Of a stretch of 40,797 nt of DNA, positions 30,139-38,516 are shown one piece after another; position 1 is the first letter of the stretch, and the number at the start of each line of letters is the position of its first letter. The notes under the pieces are model-generated. The model was not told the origin of the DNA and ran no database searches. It saw only the letters and a program-made list of their open reading frames with translations. The stretch is from positions 1-40,797 of the forward strand of contig CAZCDQ010000006.1 of the NCBI GenBank assembly GCA_964497605.1. Reading direction: 5' to 3'. The stretch is from an uncultured bacterium. GTDB lineage: Bacteria > Latescibacterota > Latescibacteria > Latescibacterales > Latescibacteraceae. A program made the translations under genes and the position numbers.

Positions 30139-31149
30139 TTAATATTTGATAAACTTATCTCCAGAAGCGCCACAGATGCTGCATTTTTCAGGAATAAATT
30201 TCTCAATGTTCCCGCAAACAGGACACAGATAATAAAATATTTCTTCTGTTTGATCAAGATTTTCTAATGCTTCTTTGTAAAGCTTTGCATGGACTTCTTC
30301 TGCTTTCATGGCAAATGTAAAGGACATGAGTGCCGCTTTATTTCCTTCCTCTTCGGCTACCTTAACAAAGTCAGGATACATGTCTTGATATTCGTGGGTT
30401 TCGCCTGCAACTGCATCTCTAAGATTATCATCCGTTGATGCAACTTTTCCTGCAACTTCAAAATGTTTTAGGGCATGTAAGGTTTCCGCGTCAGAAGCCG
30501 CCCTAAATAACTTGGCTGCATTTAATTTTCCATCTTTCTCTGCCTTTTTGGCGTATGCCAAATATTTTCTGTTTGCTTGGGATTCTCCGGCAAATGCCTC
30601 CATGAGGTTATCGATTGTCTTGTTTTTATTCACTTTGTTGTCCTCCTTGTTTATTATATGTTCTCTTGTAAGGATTTCTATTAATCTTTCCACTGCTTCT
30701 TTAGGGAAACCAGTAGGTTGATCACTTTCTAATAAGGATTGAATAAAGTTGTGAACATTTTGGCTTTGTGGAAGCATATAGCCCGATTCACGCAATAGAT
30801 CTTCAGCCATAATTCGATTAGACATTCTCAGCGCCTTGGCAAGTTTGCGCAGAACAGGATTTTCAGTGGTTTTATAAATATCTGCAGCTATTTTTTCCTG
30901 TTTTGTTTTACTTGCAGTTAACGATAACAAAACATTCTTGACAGCGTCTGTTTTTTTCTGCTGAGATGGGAATTCCTCAGGAATCAAAGAAATTGCGCGG
31001 GATGGGCAAGCATCAACACATAGTCGGCATCCATCAAGACATTTAGAAGCATCAATCTGACCTGTTTCTGTATCTGTTGCTCCTGTAGGACATATAAATA
31101 GGCAGAGACAATCTTTTGTACATAAGCTAATATTTCTAACAGCATGCAC
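30139..31149 (-). CDS. Ferredoxin-domain protein fused in frame to rubrerythrin
   Basis: CTKDCLCLFICP, CLDGCRLCVDACP; then FAGESQANRKY, ETLH, GETHE, EEVH, CPVC...CSIC. GTG 31149 follows the upstream stop. A second strong RBS (AAGGAGG) precedes an in-frame GTG at 30633. Confidence 0.88.
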   Translation of the reverse strand: MHAVRNISLCTKDCLCLFICPTGATDTETGQIDASKCLDGCRLCVDACPSRAISLIPEEFPSQQKKTDAVKNVLLSLTASKTKQEKIAADIYKTTENPVLRKLAKALRMSNRIMAEDLLRESGYMLPQSQNVHNFIQSLLESDQPTGFPKEAVERLIEILTREHIINKEDNKVNKNKTIDNLMEAFAGESQANRKYLAYAKKAEKDGKLNAAKLFRAASDAETLHALKHFEVAGKVASTDDNLRDAVAGETHEYQDMYPDFVKVAEEEGNKAALMSFTFAMKAEEVHAKLYKEALENLDQTEEIFYYLCPVCGNIEKFIPEKCSICGASGDKFIKY

Positions 31150-31150
31150 T

Positions 31151-31822
31151 TTATTTTTCCCCCTTGATCTCAAAAATTTTCTTATTTTGTACTTTACAAA
31201 CCGGACAAATCTGTGGGGCTTCATCACCTATGTATAAAAATCCACAAATTTCACATACATATACATGAGTATTTTCCAATAAAGTGTCCTGCTGTTTTTC
31301 ATATTTGCTAAGAAGAGAACTCAGAATTCTCGTTACCTTTTCTCCCCAGGCAAGCGCCCTGAGAGCGCCTCTATCAGATGCGTCAGATGCAATAATATTT
31401 GCTTGCGTATAGCCTTTAGCCAAATCCTGTTCGATTATTGCGTTAAGATCCTTTAATTGGTCTCCATTTTCAGTACTATTTTTTGTTCTATAAAATTCGG
31501 CTAATTGGTTGAATAATTCGGCCTCTTCAATCCTATACTGTTTTGTACATCCTTTTGAAAGGTTGGAGCACAATGCGCTAACTTCTCCGAAAGATAACTC
31601 TCTTATGCTATCCTTTTCAATTTCTGAAGCGCTTATTTCCTGTGCCTCAGGTTTTCTGTTAATGTGCTGTTCCGAAAAATCAGCTTTCATTGCGCCACAC
31701 AAAGGACAAGTCCAGTCCTCCGGAACATCTTCCCATTTTGTCCCAGAGGAAATACCTCTTTCACTATCGCCAACAGCTTCATCGTAAACGTAACCACAAA
31801 TAGAGCATACGTATTTTGTCAA
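31151..31822 (-). CDS. Rubredoxin + ferritin-like helical domain + rubredoxin-like domain protein
   Basis: YVCSICGYVYD...WTCPLCG; C-terminal YVCEICG...CPVC; RBS AAGGAGG before TTG. Confidence 0.88.
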   Translation of the reverse strand: MTKYVCSICGYVYDEAVGDSERGISSGTKWEDVPEDWTCPLCGAMKADFSEQHINRKPEAQEISASEIEKDSIRELSFGEVSALCSNLSKGCTKQYRIEEAELFNQLAEFYRTKNSTENGDQLKDLNAIIEQDLAKGYTQANIIASDASDRGALRALAWGEKVTRILSSLLSKYEKQQDTLLENTHVYVCEICGFLYIGDEAPQICPVCKVQNKKIFEIKGEK

Positions 31823-31902
31823 AAATAATCCTCCTTCAGTTAAAATCTAATTTTTCATAATAACGAAATCAATATTCATTATACCATATTCATGTTCTAT
31901 AA

Positions 31903-32316
31903 TTACTCATAAGCATCTTCATCGCATTTATCACAATGCCCGAAAAATTCCAACTTATGGTATCTGGCATGAAATTGTGTCGTATTATTCACCATTTCAT
32001 TCAGCGAATGATCGATCGGCAACGCTAAATCGACAATTTTACCGCAGTTTTCGCATACGAAATGATAATGGAGACCGGTATTCGCCTCAAAACGGTCGAA
32101 TGTGCTGCCCGCTTCAATCTTTTTCACCAATCCCTGTTCGATAAGTATATGTAAGTTACGGTAAACCGTACCCAGGCTGAGATGCGGATAATCTTTTTTC
32201 AGCCGGTTAAAAATCCAGTCGGCAGTCGGGTGCATTGAGGTGCCGCGCAGAATTTCGAGTATCCGGTCGCGTTTTTTGCTTTTTCTAAATTTTCCCAAAA
32301 TAATCCTTTGAATCAA
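31903..32316 (-). CDS. Fur-family regulator, PerR-like
   Basis: HPTAD, SLGTVYRNL, HYHFVCENCGKIVD, CDKC; adjacent to peroxide-defence genes. Confidence 0.92.
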   Translation of the reverse strand: MIQRIILGKFRKSKKRDRILEILRGTSMHPTADWIFNRLKKDYPHLSLGTVYRNLHILIEQGLVKKIEAGSTFDRFEANTGLHYHFVCENCGKIVDLALPIDHSLNEMVNNTTQFHARYHKLEFFGHCDKCDEDAYE

Positions 32317-32366
32317 TAATCGGAATGATTATTATTAAAGTAATAGTTTTTTTTCTTCTTTGTCAA
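32315..32366 (-). promoter_or_regulatory. Promoter and candidate Fur/PerR operator of the regulator gene
   Basis: TTGACA on the minus strand (32361-32366); inverted repeat AATAATC-ggaat-GATTATT (32315-32333) overlapping the gene start. Confidence 0.5.
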
Positions 32367-32442
32367 GCATAAAAAATTGTTATATATTTAGAAATAAATG
32401 TTAGTATGCTGATAAAACATGTCTTAATATTCGAGGGAAACT

Positions 32443-33210
32443 ATGAATAAAACATGTATCCTGTACCTTGCGGTTATATTCATATTGATGTCGCCAGCAA
32501 TTTCTTCGGCGCAGTTTTATAAAGTGTACGAGTATACCACGGCCGAGGCCGGAGAAATCGAGCTGGTATATTGGACGACATATGTCCCGTCCAGCGGTCA
32601 GAACTACACGTTTTTCGGTGAAGATTACTCGCGGGAAGGACTGTTCGCCCAGTCGCTTGAGATAGAGTACGGTCTCAGCAACAAATTGACAGTCGCCGCA
32701 TATGTGGATTTCGAGAAGCCCGACGGGTCCGACATGAAACGGACCAGGATGAAAGCTGTTATGGCCCATTACAGCTTATACGATAAAGGCAGCCGTCCGG
32801 TCGATATCGGATTGTATTTAGAATATATCCTTCCCCGGGTCGGCTATAAGGATTCCGAGGAAATCGAGTTCAAGGCGATTCTCGAGAAAGATATCAGTGA
32901 TTTTACGGTGACGCTGAATCCGACATTTGAAAAAAAGGTGAGCGGCGAGGTCGAGGAAGGGATCGAGTTTGCGTTCGCTGGAGGTGTTTACTATAAAAGA
33001 AACCTTTCTATCATACCCGGTATCGAATTTTATTCAAAAATGGGAGAACTACGGGAAACAAGAGGTTTCGATGAACAGAGCGCATTTATATTCCCCACTG
33101 TCAATATTTTATTTTTACAGAATTTCCAATGGCATGTCGGCGCGGGATTTGGACTTTCAGACAATTCGGACGATATCCTGCTGAAAAGCATTCTGTCGTT
33201 TGGATATTAA
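32443..33210 (+). CDS. Putative outer-membrane beta-barrel protein
   Basis: Signal peptide (..ISSA/QFY), alternating amphipathic strands (LEIEYGL, IGLYLEY, WHVGAGFG), aromatic C-terminus LSFGY. Confidence 0.7.
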   Translation: MNKTCILYLAVIFILMSPAISSAQFYKVYEYTTAEAGEIELVYWTTYVPSSGQNYTFFGEDYSREGLFAQSLEIEYGLSNKLTVAAYVDFEKPDGSDMKRTRMKAVMAHYSLYDKGSRPVDIGLYLEYILPRVGYKDSEEIEFKAILEKDISDFTVTLNPTFEKKVSGEVEEGIEFAFAGGVYYKRNLSIIPGIEFYSKMGELRETRGFDEQSAFIFPTVNILFLQNFQWHVGAGFGLSDNSDDILLKSILSFGY

Positions 33211-33267
33211 AACGGTTTATAACCGAAGCGCCGCATATCTTATCACTTTACATAACGGAGTGCTATA

Positions 33268-34644
33268 ATGAAAATAAACGGCAAGAAACATATTATTTTG
33301 ACGCTGTTTTGCGTACTGTTGGCGAGCGTTTTAATCGCCCGGGCAGAAGAGGCAGAAAAGCAGCATATCCCCTATAATTATTTCGACAATCCGCAGGTTT
33401 GCGCAGGCTGCCACTGGGACAAATTTACCCGTTGGAATGACTCGCAACATTCGAAAGGTATGACCGGCGATTTTTTCCAGCGTCAGTTTTATGAGTTAGT
33501 GCTGCCCTCGCGGTCGTTCGACAAGCGGCTCGAGAATGTTCATGAGGGATGTATCGGCTGTCACGGGCCGGGGTCGTTTCTTGCCGGCGACATGATTCCG
33601 AAAGAGGCGAACACGCTCGATAACCGCTGGAACCAGGGCAACGGTTACAAGACGCTTGCCGACCGCGGCATATTCTGCGATTTCTGCCACACGCTCGACG
33701 GTTTCCAGAATTCACCGCCGTTTAATCATGATTACATATCCGCGGCGACAGAGGAGGTTGATCCGAAACGGGGCGATCTTGAATTTCCGTGGTCGCCGTT
33801 TCACGAGACAAAACGGTCGGAGCTTTTTGAGGCCCCGGAAATATGTGCCACCTGCCATAACGAGCAAAATCCGTTCGGTGTGTGGGTGAAAGCGACAGAG
33901 ATAGAATATGCTGACAGCGAATATCCAGGGGAAGGCATCGTCTGCCAGACCTGTCATTTTCAGACAATGGGCGGCCAACCGGCCAAAATGGGACCGATCC
34001 GCCCCCACAACAGCGACCACTGGCTCGGCGGTGGATTCTCGGGATTTGTCGAGGGTGCGGCGAAAGTTAAAATCATCATGGACAATCCTGAAATCAGACC
34101 CGGCCGCGACGTATCGTTTACTATACTTGTCCACGGTACCGCGACTGGTCATAAATTTCCGACCGGCTCGGTCGAGGAGCGGGATGTCTGGCTGCATGTT
34201 ACCGCTCATGACGGCAACGGAAATGAAATCGCTCATATACCTGTGCCGGTTAATCTGAACGACCCGAACGACAAATACTTCATAACCTCTAATGAGCGGG
34301 TTGCATACCCCTCGCACAGCAGGCTGTCGAAACCGTTTGCACGCGATTCGCTCCCTGAGGGCGACCGCCTGTATCACAGCGCGTTTATCGATTCGGACGG
34401 CGAATTCACCTATGCACAGTGGATGGCTGTTGAGGAAATTGAAAACCGGCTCGACCCGAACGAGGAACGTGAGGAACATTATGTCTGGTCGGTACCGTCA
34501 AGTCTCCGTAATGACGCAGTATATCTGAGAGCGGTGTTGAACTACCGGAGAATGCCCGATTCGTTTGCGGATTTTCTTCGTATCGACCGGCGGCCTGTTA
34601 TTGAAGTTTCGAAAGACGAGATGAAGCTGAATGTCATACGATGA
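33268..34644 (+). CDS. Periplasmic pentaheme cytochrome c with heme-free C-terminal domain
   Basis: Signal peptide; CAGCH, CIGCH, CDFCH, CATCH, CQTCH; GHKFPTG motif. Confidence 0.92.
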   Translation: MKINGKKHIILTLFCVLLASVLIARAEEAEKQHIPYNYFDNPQVCAGCHWDKFTRWNDSQHSKGMTGDFFQRQFYELVLPSRSFDKRLENVHEGCIGCHGPGSFLAGDMIPKEANTLDNRWNQGNGYKTLADRGIFCDFCHTLDGFQNSPPFNHDYISAATEEVDPKRGDLEFPWSPFHETKRSELFEAPEICATCHNEQNPFGVWVKATEIEYADSEYPGEGIVCQTCHFQTMGGQPAKMGPIRPHNSDHWLGGGFSGFVEGAAKVKIIMDNPEIRPGRDVSFTILVHGTATGHKFPTGSVEERDVWLHVTAHDGNGNEIAHIPVPVNLNDPNDKYFITSNERVAYPSHSRLSKPFARDSLPEGDRLYHSAFIDSDGEFTYAQWMAVEEIENRLDPNEEREEHYVWSVPSSLRNDAVYLRAVLNYRRMPDSFADFLRIDRRPVIEVSKDEMKLNVIR

Positions 34645-34696
34645 CAAGGTTTTTTTAATCCTCGGAAACTATCACAATATACTCTCTATGAAAATG

Positions 34697-34732
34697 AAAA
34701 ACCGCCGGTTTTAAATTTGACCGGCGGTTTTT
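34697..34732 (+). terminator. Intrinsic (bidirectional) terminator
   Basis: AAAAACCGCCGGT...ACCGGCGGTTTTT. Confidence 0.88.
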
Positions 34733-35146
34733 GCATAAGAAAAATCTGCCATAATGCTGACACTTCGAAAAAAAAATGATTTCCCCGAAATACCTGAATA
34801 ATGTCTCGTAAATAATTTAACTTACCGCAACAAATCGTACGGCAATCATTTGGTTAATCACTATATTTAATTTGCCTTAAATAATTAAATCCTTTATTTT
34901 TACAATATCTTACTACGGGGTGCATTAAATTGTTTACATTTATGTGGCTGCATATCGAACATGTTTTTCTTGAAAATACTGTTTGACAATATTAGGTTGT
35001 CGTTGGCGACTCCGCAGGTATTTTCGTACATTCGATATTAATTTCTGTAGCATACTATTTATTGCACTGAGTAGTAACACAACAATCATTCGAATTATCC
35101 AGTCGCTCCGCAGTCTTTTTATGAGCCCGCGGCGGGAACATGCTAT

Positions 35147-37165
35147 ATGGAATCAGGGAAAAAAGAAAATTTGCCGACTTTGCATATCGGGGTCGGAGGA
35201 GCGCTTGTCACCCTTTCGCCGCTACCGTTTATGCTTGCATTTTTTGGCTCTGAGACAACGGTTCCGCCCTATTGGCGTCTGGGATTAGCCTTATTATCGG
35301 CAATCGCAAGTATTCTCTGTTCATACACGCTGTTCAGAAACCAGAAGCTTAGCAGGATTACCGGAAACATAGCAGCGCTGGGAACATTCGGTACCGCATT
35401 ACCGTTTTTAGTAAGCAATCCGTTCGCCGCACTGATCGGGACAATAGCAATGATTGCTATTATTTCGGGATTAGCAGATTTCAGGCCTGTGAATTTTAAG
35501 CCAAAATATTTTCTTCGCCCGGAAGCATGGTTATACAGGGCTTGGTGGTCGGCGCTGATGATTCCGTTAATAGTAATCATATCAAAAACCGGATATGGAA
35601 CGGTATCGTTTGTCTCACCTTACATTATCGAAATATCACTTGTTCTTTCGCAAATTCTGTTCATTATCTGGATTGTAAAATCCAAAAAAAATCGTTATTT
35701 TCCCCTGCCTATACTCTGCTTTGTCTTCCTTGGTCTAATCCACGCACTCTCTGCAGTTCAATATATATCAAACTTGGCGTTTCTGGCTGGTTTGGTGATT
35801 GTAATTATTCTCCCCCGGCAAGGGCGCATTATTCATCCCCGGGATTATTGGTGGGATATTTTTCTGAGTCATCCCGTACGAATACTTTTTAGTTCATTCT
35901 TCACGCTGTGCGTTATTGGCAGTTTTCTGCTTCTCATACCTCCAGCAAGCGCTCGGGGTGTTATCGATTTTGTCGATGCGGCTTTTACTTCCGTGAGCGC
36001 GGTGTGTGTCACTGGACTTATTGTATTGGATACGCCGAACGATTTTACACAGCTCGGCCAGTTTTTCATTCTGCTTCTGATCCAGCTCGGCGGTCTCGGC
36101 ATTATGAGCATTACGACTGTCGCGTTTCATGTCATGGGACGGCGAATCAGCCTTCGTCACGAGCGGGTATTGACTACGATGACAGAAACCTCTCACAAAG
36201 ACCTTGTTGCATCGCTTGTTACTATTCTTAAAATGACATTTTTTGCCGAACTTATCGGTACAGTTGTGCTTACTCCGTTATTTTATGAAAGCGGCGACTC
36301 GCTTGCTTCGGCTTTATGGCGCGGCACATTCACTGCAATTTCCGCATTCTGTAATGCCGGATTTTCTCTGCAAACAGAAAGTTTGCTATTTTATGGTGAT
36401 AATGCTGGGATTCTTCTCACGGTATCGTCACTGATCATTTTAGGCGGACTTGCTCCCGCAACAAGCCTCCTGCTCCCCCGCTGGGTACGGGGTAGGAAAA
36501 CACCTATTCCTGCCCGGATTGCGTTTATAATGACACTTGTTCTCCTTGTTTCCGGAACACTTTTTATGCTGGCATTCGAATGGGATGGCGTATTGGCAGG
36601 ATTACCGTTTGGAGATAAAATTCTGAATGCATGGTTCCAGTCGGCTACACTCAGAACTGCAGGATTTAACTCGGTCAACATTGCACATGTTGCACATCCA
36701 ACATTTATTGTAATGCTTTGCTTCATGTTCATCGGCGGCAGTCCCGGAGGAACCGCAGGCGGAGTAAAAACAACAACTGCCGGAATACTGATCCTGACTT
36801 TCTGGTCAAATATTACCAGGTGCGAAGATGTTGTTATGCAAAACAGAAAAATCGGATCGGTCACCATTTATCGCGCTATAACGATTGTAATATCGGGACT
36901 CTTTTTGTGGATTATGGTGGTGCTTATGTTGGAGTTGACACAACAGATACCGGTGAGAGATATTATTTTTGAGACCACCTCGGCGATCGGCACGGTAGGG
37001 CTTTCGACCGGTGCGACGGCGATGTTGGATGAGATCGGGAAAATCATTATTATGGTCACAATGTTTGTCGGGCGGATAGGCCCAACGGCGCTGTATTTGC
37101 TTATAAGCGAGAAAGCATCTTCTAAACTCTCGCATTGGCCTGAAACAAAAATTACGTTAACCTAA
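35147..37165 (+). CDS. ktrB: KtrB/TrkH K+ uptake channel with long N-terminal membrane extension
   Basis: Four pore motifs SAVCVTGL, SAFCNAGF, TLRTAGF, SAIGTVGL; FIGGSPGGTAGGVK; MFVGRIG. Confidence 0.93.
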   Translation: MESGKKENLPTLHIGVGGALVTLSPLPFMLAFFGSETTVPPYWRLGLALLSAIASILCSYTLFRNQKLSRITGNIAALGTFGTALPFLVSNPFAALIGTIAMIAIISGLADFRPVNFKPKYFLRPEAWLYRAWWSALMIPLIVIISKTGYGTVSFVSPYIIEISLVLSQILFIIWIVKSKKNRYFPLPILCFVFLGLIHALSAVQYISNLAFLAGLVIVIILPRQGRIIHPRDYWWDIFLSHPVRILFSSFFTLCVIGSFLLLIPPASARGVIDFVDAAFTSVSAVCVTGLIVLDTPNDFTQLGQFFILLLIQLGGLGIMSITTVAFHVMGRRISLRHERVLTTMTETSHKDLVASLVTILKMTFFAELIGTVVLTPLFYESGDSLASALWRGTFTAISAFCNAGFSLQTESLLFYGDNAGILLTVSSLIILGGLAPATSLLLPRWVRGRKTPIPARIAFIMTLVLLVSGTLFMLAFEWDGVLAGLPFGDKILNAWFQSATLRTAGFNSVNIAHVAHPTFIVMLCFMFIGGSPGGTAGGVKTTTAGILILTFWSNITRCEDVVMQNRKIGSVTIYRAITIVISGLFLWIMVVLMLELTQQIPVRDIIFETTSAIGTVGLSTGATAMLDEIGKIIIMVTMFVGRIGPTALYLLISEKASSKLSHWPETKITLT

Positions 37166-37181
37166 ACGCGGAGTTGTTCAT

Positions 37182-37847
37182 ATGGCTCAACAGGTATTGA
37201 TCATAGGATTAGGACAGTTTGGAATGTCGCTTGCACGCACATTAACCGAAAAAGGCGCGGAAGTTCTTGCGGTTGATTCACAGAAAACCCTTGTGGAGGT
37301 AGCGTCTTCCTTTGTCTCCGATGCGCTGTTACTCGACGCAACCGATGAAGCGGAGCTGGCACGGCTTGAACCGGGAAAACGCGATATCGCCGTGTGCGCA
37401 ATCGGTGAAGAGTCAAAGGAGGCTTCTATCATTTGCACAGCATTGCTTAGACAAATGGGGGTACCGCTGATTATTGCCCGGGCAAACGATAAGCTGCATC
37501 ATCGAATATTAAAACTGGTCGGCGCGCATCAGATCATAAATCCCGAGGAGGAAATCGGAAAACGCATAGCAAATAGGCTCCTATACCGTCATGTCGTCGT
37601 GGACACTACTCTTGGAGAAGATCTGCATCTTACAGAAATTAGCATCCAATCATCCATGGTTGGAAAAAGACTCATCGATCTTGATCTGCCGAAACGATAC
37701 GGTGTAATGGTAGTCGGAATCAGGAGTGGAGATTCCGGAAAGGTACACCAGCCCACGCCCAGCGAAATGCTGAAAGAGGAAGACAACCTCATCACTGTTT
37801 CGAGTGAAGCCGCGATATCAAAGTTTTTAAAAGGAGTTAAAGCATGA
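37182..37847 (+). CDS. ktrA: KtrA/TrkA RCK regulatory subunit
   Basis: IGLGQFG, LDATD, ARA, INPE, C-terminal RCK_C. Confidence 0.93.
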   Translation: MAQQVLIIGLGQFGMSLARTLTEKGAEVLAVDSQKTLVEVASSFVSDALLLDATDEAELARLEPGKRDIAVCAIGEESKEASIICTALLRQMGVPLIIARANDKLHHRILKLVGAHQIINPEEEIGKRIANRLLYRHVVVDTTLGEDLHLTEISIQSSMVGKRLIDLDLPKRYGVMVVGIRSGDSGKVHQPTPSEMLKEEDNLITVSSEAAISKFLKGVKA

Positions 37848-38503
37848 AACTTACGCAATCGGTAAAACTGGGGGCTTGGTTTCTTATCGGCCTCACCATG
37901 CTTATGGCGCTGGGTTCTATCTGGGTGTTTGTAAGAATGTCGCCGGCTATCGAGGATATCATTACCCGAAACGAACATTCCCTTCAGGCCTGCGAAGAAA
38001 TGCTTGCGGCGTTAGCATTGGTTCACAGATCTGGCGCCAATGACGAATCCTTGCATGAGAGGTTTGCAAACACATTTGAAAAGGCGCAGAACAATATTAC
38101 TGAAAAGGGCGAAAACGAGGTGATCGAGGAGATCGGCAAATCCTATCAAAGCGCCTTTGAGGGAGATTATTACAGCCTTGAAAGAACCGTTTCGGCAATC
38201 AGCCGTCTCGGTGAAATCAATCGCGAGGCGATGTTAGAGGCGGACAGAAAAGCCAAACAGCTCGGGAACGCCGGCGCATGGGGTGTCGTCTTTATGGCCT
38301 CGCTCGTATTTTTTGTGGGTATACAGTTCATACGAAGATTATCGCAGAGGCTTGTAAAGCCGTTCGAGGAAATTCATGCGGTGATTTCGGCAAACCTGAA
38401 AGACGATCAGATGCGCCGCTGCACTGTATCGCCAAATCTCCCGCACGATATTCAGATTGTGTATAACGAACTGAACGAGTTACTTGATAAAACCGAGTTA
38501 TAA
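37844..38503 (+). CDS. Two-TM protein with helical periplasmic sensor-like domain and no output domain
   Basis: ATGA overlap with ktrA; TM, about 110-aa helical region, TM, then a HAMP-like stretch (RLVKPF..I). Confidence 0.7.
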   Translation: MKLTQSVKLGAWFLIGLTMLMALGSIWVFVRMSPAIEDIITRNEHSLQACEEMLAALALVHRSGANDESLHERFANTFEKAQNNITEKGENEVIEEIGKSYQSAFEGDYYSLERTVSAISRLGEINREAMLEADRKAKQLGNAGAWGVVFMASLVFFVGIQFIRRLSQRLVKPFEEIHAVISANLKDDQMRRCTVSPNLPHDIQIVYNELNELLDKTEL

Positions 38504-38516
38504 AATCAATCCGTAA

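Noticed and set aside
34740-35146. c-di-AMP (ydaO) riboswitch upstream of ktrB
   Set aside because: I could not find the conserved ydaO sequence elements by eye; an Infernal search would settle it.
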